From the NCBI GenBank assembly GCA_017467445.1, contig JAFTSG010000008.1, positions 71,953 to 135,952 on the forward strand: a DNA stretch of 64,000 nucleotides. The letters are read 5' to 3'. This document shows, piece by piece, positions 60,256-64,000 of this stretch. The notes under the pieces were generated by a model. It was not told the DNA's origin, searched no databases, and worked only from the letters and a program-made list of their open reading frames with translations. How positions within the stretch are numbered: the first letter of the stretch is position 1; each line of letters starts with the position of its first letter. The translations under genes were made by a program, and so were the position numbers. Source of the DNA: Clostridia bacterium. GTDB taxonomy: Bacteria > Bacillota > Clostridia > RUG12999.

Positions 60256-60260
60256 TCATT

Positions 60261-60271
60261 ATTATATCACA
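60261..60271 (-). promoter_or_regulatory. TRTG-type extended -10 element (TGTGaTATAAT), candidate promoter for the hydrolase gene
   Basis: This is the same 11-mer as in the M42 and copZ promoters. The -35 is weak (CATCAA). The predicted TSS (about 60254) falls at the 5' edge of the terminator hairpin. Confidence 0.45.
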
Positions 60272-60340
60272 TAAATATATTAATTGATGTTCCTCTTATT
60301 TAACTTCGCTTTATGCGTTCTGCACTTTTTATTACAACCG

Positions 60341-61450
60341 TTAATTAATCTTTACTGTTTCCCAGAGAGTATTTATATAATCAAGCATTTCTTTGCTTAA
60401 GTTATGATATGCGTTTTTGTTAAATTCCTGTGCAAAGTTTTCGGCTTTGCCATAGAGAACATCCATTGCTTCCTGTCCCATATTTTCGATGTAGTCTGCG
60501 TTTTCATATACAAGACGGTTCGGTGATGCATAGTAGGTATATTCTGCGTTTGCAACTGCCGGCTCTTCGGAAAGCATATAGTTTATGAATATTTCCGCAA
60601 GCTCTTTATTCTGGCAGCAGGTTGGAATACACATTGCATCTATATAATAGTTTGTGCGTTCCGGATAGTAGAACTGAAGGTCTACATCGTCCGCCTGTGC
60701 ATCTTTCATTGTAAAATAGTCGCCTGCATAGTATGCACCGATTGCCGCTTCGCCGGATTCCATCATATTATAGATTTCGTCCATTACGTAGCTGTATACA
60801 AGCGGGCTTTGTTTCATAAGCTCATTATATGCGCTGTCCCACACACTCTTGTCTTCGGAATTTACATCAAGTCCAAGTTTGTACATTGCCATCCCGAATG
60901 CATCTCTTGAGTTATTAAACTGCAGAATTTTATCGTCATATTTTGAGTTCCACAACAAATCCCAGCTGCCTGTATCTGCTGCGTCAACTTCGTTTGCGTT
61001 GTATATAACACCGATTATGCCATATGCATAAGGTACGGTGTACTGACCCTGTGGGTCGTAGTACAAAGATTTGAAATCTTCGTCAATATACTGATAATTA
61101 GGAATATTATCAAAGTTAAGGGGCATAAGCAGGTTTTCCGATGCCATACGAGCTATCATATAATCCGACGGGATAATTACGTCGTAGCTTACTGCACCGC
61201 TTGAAATTTTATTATACATATCTTCATTGGAAGCAAATGTTGTGTAATTAACTTTTACAGAAGTACCATAGGTTTCTTTATACCATTTTTCAAATTCACG
61301 TACGGTATCAAAGCTACCTTCACTACCATCGGAGATATATTCTCCCCAGTTATACACGTTAAGTGTAAGAGCGCTGTTGTTACATCCTGTAAGTCCAAAG
61401 CTACAAATCAGCACAAGTACTATAAAAAGTGCCATAAGTTTTCTTGTCAT
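60341..61450 (-). CDS. potD: spermidine/putrescine ABC transporter substrate-binding lipoprotein
   Basis: Lipobox LTGC, a PotD-like translation, and the last position in the potABCD order. Confidence 0.88.
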   Translation of the reverse strand: MTRKLMALFIVLVLICSFGLTGCNNSALTLNVYNWGEYISDGSEGSFDTVREFEKWYKETYGTSVKVNYTTFASNEDMYNKISSGAVSYDVIIPSDYMIARMASENLLMPLNFDNIPNYQYIDEDFKSLYYDPQGQYTVPYAYGIIGVIYNANEVDAADTGSWDLLWNSKYDDKILQFNNSRDAFGMAMYKLGLDVNSEDKSVWDSAYNELMKQSPLVYSYVMDEIYNMMESGEAAIGAYYAGDYFTMKDAQADDVDLQFYYPERTNYYIDAMCIPTCCQNKELAEIFINYMLSEEPAVANAEYTYYASPNRLVYENADYIENMGQEAMDVLYGKAENFAQEFNKNAYHNLSKEMLDYINTLWETVKIN

Positions 61451-61453
61451 TTT

Positions 61454-62287
61454 TTATCCCCCTTTAATTTCTTTCTTTTTTCGCTTTAGTTCGCGACTTT
61501 CTTTATTATCAATAATATTGTTCAAAAGAAGAAGTGCCATTGTAACAAAGAAAATTATTGTTGCAAGAGCATACATTTTTGGTGTTACGGTTTTCTTTGT
61601 CATTCCGTAGATACGGATTGGCAGAGTCTGAAAATCGTTACCCGAGGTGAAATAACTGATTACAAAATCGTCAAGCGACAGTGTAAACGCCATAATTGCA
61701 CCTGTTATGATACCCGGCATAATTTCCGGCAAGGTTACTTTGAAAAATGCGCGGACTGGCGTACACCCCAGATCCTGCGCCGCTTCAACAAGCGAATAGT
61801 CCATTTGCTGAAGTTTTGGCAGTACCTGAAAAATTACATACGGCAAACAGAACGTTACGTGCGCTATAAGAATTGTCCAGAAATTAAGGCTTGTTGCCAT
61901 TCCGAACAGTCTGCCCACAAACACAAACACAAGCATCATTGAAATACCTGTGATAATATCCGGATTTATCATCGGGATATTTGTTACCGTGTTAAAAATG
62001 CTTTTATACCAGTTTCTGCGCACACGGTATATACCGAATGCCGCCGCAGTTCCCATTGTTGTAGAAATTGCTGTTGCCGAAAGTGCCAGAACTACTGTAT
62101 TTTTTACAGATTCAAGAGTATCCCGGTCATTGAACAGTTCGGTATACCATTTAAACGAAAAGCTGGAAAATACCGATAAGCTTTTTGCTTCATTAAACGA
62201 AAATATCAAAAGCACGATAATGGGAGCAAAAAGAAACGCAAATATAATTCCTGTATATATTTTTGACGAAAGTTTCATTTTACTCAC
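61454..62287 (-). CDS. potC: spermidine/putrescine ABC transporter permease
   Basis: Six-TM BPD_transp_1 permease with the EAA-like loop ..EAAQDLG... Confidence 0.88.
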   Translation of the reverse strand: MSKMKLSSKIYTGIIFAFLFAPIIVLLIFSFNEAKSLSVFSSFSFKWYTELFNDRDTLESVKNTVVLALSATAISTTMGTAAAFGIYRVRRNWYKSIFNTVTNIPMINPDIITGISMMLVFVFVGRLFGMATSLNFWTILIAHVTFCLPYVIFQVLPKLQQMDYSLVEAAQDLGCTPVRAFFKVTLPEIMPGIITGAIMAFTLSLDDFVISYFTSGNDFQTLPIRIYGMTKKTVTPKMYALATIIFFVTMALLLLNNIIDNKESRELKRKKKEIKGG

Positions 62288-63149
62288 CCCCGTACGTTTT
62301 AGACGTAAAGTATTTTACAACGCCCATACATACAAGCAGAATTACCATAAGAATAAAGGCAATTGCCGCCGCAAAATGCAGGTTGTTTGCAATGTACTGC
62401 CCTTCAATGGCGTCACCTATCAAAAAGAACTTTCCGTTACCGAGTTTCTGTGATATATAGAACGTACTTATTGATGGGATAAGCACCATTGTAATGCCCG
62501 AAATTACGCCAGGAAGGCTAAGCGGGAAAATTACCCTGCGAAGCACGCCAAAGCTGTTACAGCCCAAATCACGCGCCGCCTCGAGAAGTTTAGTGTCCAT
62601 TTTTGCCATTATTGAATAAATGGGCAGAATCATATACGGAAAATAGTCGTACACCATACCGATGATAACTGCGGTTTCCGTACCGATAATGTGAATCGGC
62701 TGGATACCAAAAAATCCGAGGATGTTATTGATTATACCTGTATCCTGCAGAATAGTCATCCACGCATATGTACGGATAAGGAAGTTCATCCACATTGGAA
62801 TCATTATAAGCGTTACAAGGATTTTCTGTGTTCTTTCTTTTGCCCTTGCCATAATATATGCCATTGGGTAGCCCATAAGCAGACAAATGAATGTGGAAAT
62901 TACCGCAAGCTTAAGCGAACGGCCGAAAATAACAAGATATGTGCGTACTTCCTGCATAGTGCCGTCTTCCGCCTGAATGTTGCTTGTAGCTGTGAAAAAT
63001 CGGGTGATGTTTTCTGTTGTAAAGCGGAAAGCCTCGTCTGTAAAGGCGTAGTATGCAACGAAAATGAGCGGTACAACTATAAATAACACCGACCACAGCG
63101 AGTACGGCGCAAGCGGCAGAAATGCACCACCTTTTTTATGTTTATTCAT
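62280..63149 (-). CDS. potB: spermidine/putrescine ABC transporter permease
   Basis: Six-TM permease with ..EAARDLG... It overlaps the potC start. Confidence 0.88.
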   Translation of the reverse strand: MNKHKKGGAFLPLAPYSLWSVLFIVVPLIFVAYYAFTDEAFRFTTENITRFFTATSNIQAEDGTMQEVRTYLVIFGRSLKLAVISTFICLLMGYPMAYIMARAKERTQKILVTLIMIPMWMNFLIRTYAWMTILQDTGIINNILGFFGIQPIHIIGTETAVIIGMVYDYFPYMILPIYSIMAKMDTKLLEAARDLGCNSFGVLRRVIFPLSLPGVISGITMVLIPSISTFYISQKLGNGKFFLIGDAIEGQYIANNLHFAAAIAFILMVILLVCMGVVKYFTSKTYGGE

Positions 63150-63152
63150 AAA

Positions 63153-64000
63153 CTACTCTTCACCCCCTGCATCTGCAAGCTCGTCAAGTTCATTCGAATA
63201 TGACGAATAGTCGCCGAACATGCCGGAGTATTTGGATTTTTTCATTATATGAATTGCATCGGGGTCAAGAGATATGCCGATGTGTTCATCTACGTTTACA
63301 GAATCGGTTGTCTGTATCATCCATTTGAATCCGCCGATATCAACGATGATTTCGTTGTGCACACCCATAAATGTTACCTGTGTAACCGTTCCGGAAAGCA
63401 TACCTTTTTCGGGAGCAACAATATCAACATCTTCCGGACGTACAACAACATCAACCGGTTCGTTTGCAGCAAAGCCTTTGTCAAGACATTCAAATGTATG
63501 TCCCGAAAAGCTTACCTTATAGTTTTCAAGCATAACACCGTCAATGATGTTACTTTCGCCGATAAAGTCGGCAACAAAAGCATTGTCCGGTTCGTTATAT
63601 ATATCAGCAGGAGTACCAATCTGCTGAATTTTACCTTCATTAAGCACAACAATTGTGTCAGACATACTGAGTGCTTCTTCCTGGTCGTGTGTTACAAAAA
63701 CAAAGGTAATTCCCGTAGACTGCTGAATTTTCTTAAGCTCCTGCTGCATATCTTTACGAAGTTTGAGGTCAAGCGCGCCAAGAGGTTCATCAAGAAGAAG
63801 AACGCGCGGATGGCTGATAAGTGCACGGGCAATTGCAACACGCTGCTGCTGACCGCCCGACAGGCTTGTTACGCTTCTTCCTGCAAAATTGCCAAGCATA
63901 ACAAGACCCAGTATTTCGTTTACTTTTTTATTTATTTCATCTTTAGGCACCTTGCATTCACGAAGCGGAAACGCAACGTTTTCAAATACATTAAGGTGCG
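63153..64000 (-). CDS. potA: spermidine/putrescine ABC transporter ATPase, 5' end beyond window edge
   Basis: [15 protein letters not shown] signature, LLLDEP Walker B and a C-terminal TOBE-like domain. The frame stays open to nt 64000, so Walker A lies outside the window. Confidence 0.9.
   Translation of the reverse strand, partial: HLNVFENVAFPLRECKVPKDEINKKVNEILGLVMLGNFAGRSVTSLSGGQQQRVAIARALISHPRVLLLDEPLGALDLKLRKDMQQELKKIQQSTGITFVFVTHDQEEALSMSDTIVVLNEGKIQQIGTPADIYNEPDNAFVADFIGESNIIDGVMLENYKVSFSGHTFECLDKGFAANEPVDVVVRPEDVDIVAPEKGMLSGTVTQVTFMGVHNEIIVDIGGFKWMIQTTDSVNVDEHIGISLDPDAIHIMKKSKYSGMFGDYSSYSNELDELADAGGEE

Larger units (their letters stand above)
60127..60339. repeat. split inverted repeat (about 35-nt arms) enclosing a promoter-like motif and a terminator, with a nested 59-nt hairpin insert in the left arm
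   Basis: Segment 60127-60150 pairs with 60339-60317 (21 of 23 positions, plus one bulged A at 60142). Segment 60210-60220 pairs with 60316-60306 (11/11). The two left-arm segments are separated by 60151-60209, which folds as a 14-bp stem (60149-60162 / 60195-60208, one G-U pair). Confidence 0.8.

Noticed and set aside
60093-60259. Small ORFs in the potD-bsh spacer: a 34-aa plus-strand ORF (60093-60197) and a 51-aa minus-strand ORF (60259-60104).
   Set aside because: Neither has an SD sequence. The minus-strand ORF's ATG lies 1 nt after the candidate -10, so it falls upstream of the predicted TSS. Both run through hairpin arms, so the RNA/DNA structure explains the sequence better. They are not hydrophobic type-I-toxin-like peptides.

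Overview
This is a 64-kb chromosomal window from an AT-rich, endospore-forming Firmicute. Gene content and order look Clostridia-like: spoIIM, spoVAC, a DnaD/DnaI-type loader pair, gdpP-rplI-dnaB, tilS-hpt-ftsH, and rimP-nusA-ylxR-ylxQ-infB-rbfA-nrnA-truB. A choloylglycine (bile-salt) hydrolase suggests a gut habitat; the species cannot be identified from sequence alone. I call 59 protein genes (tsaD and potA are cut by the window edges), one tRNA-Pro(GGG), nine hairpin terminators, eleven sigma-A-type promoters and one DnaA-box cluster. Several ORF-track starts were moved to the start codon that has a Shine-Dalgarno (SD) sequence or matches the conserved N-terminus. Content is mostly core housekeeping: translation, replication, secretion, a partial his operon, polyamine uptake and copper efflux. 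I found no CRISPR array, transposase, phage module, restriction-modification, toxin-antitoxin or other recognisable defence genes, and I see no convincing new multi-gene system. The best leads are: (1) a cluster of consensus DnaA boxes just downstream of tsaD and away from any dnaA/dnaN; (2) a ~215-bp split inverted-repeat, MITE-like or structured-RNA element filling the potD-bsh spacer, which carries a promoter, a terminator and a nested 14-bp hairpin; (3) a regulator-less Gfo/Idh/MocA - xylose-isomerase-like TIM barrel - Gfo/Idh/MocA cassette that matches the enzyme composition of oxidative keto-sugar/glycoside pathways; (4) an attenuator-like hairpin in the rimP-nusA leader. All functional calls rest on motifs read from the translations and on remembered family knowledge. 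No database search was run.
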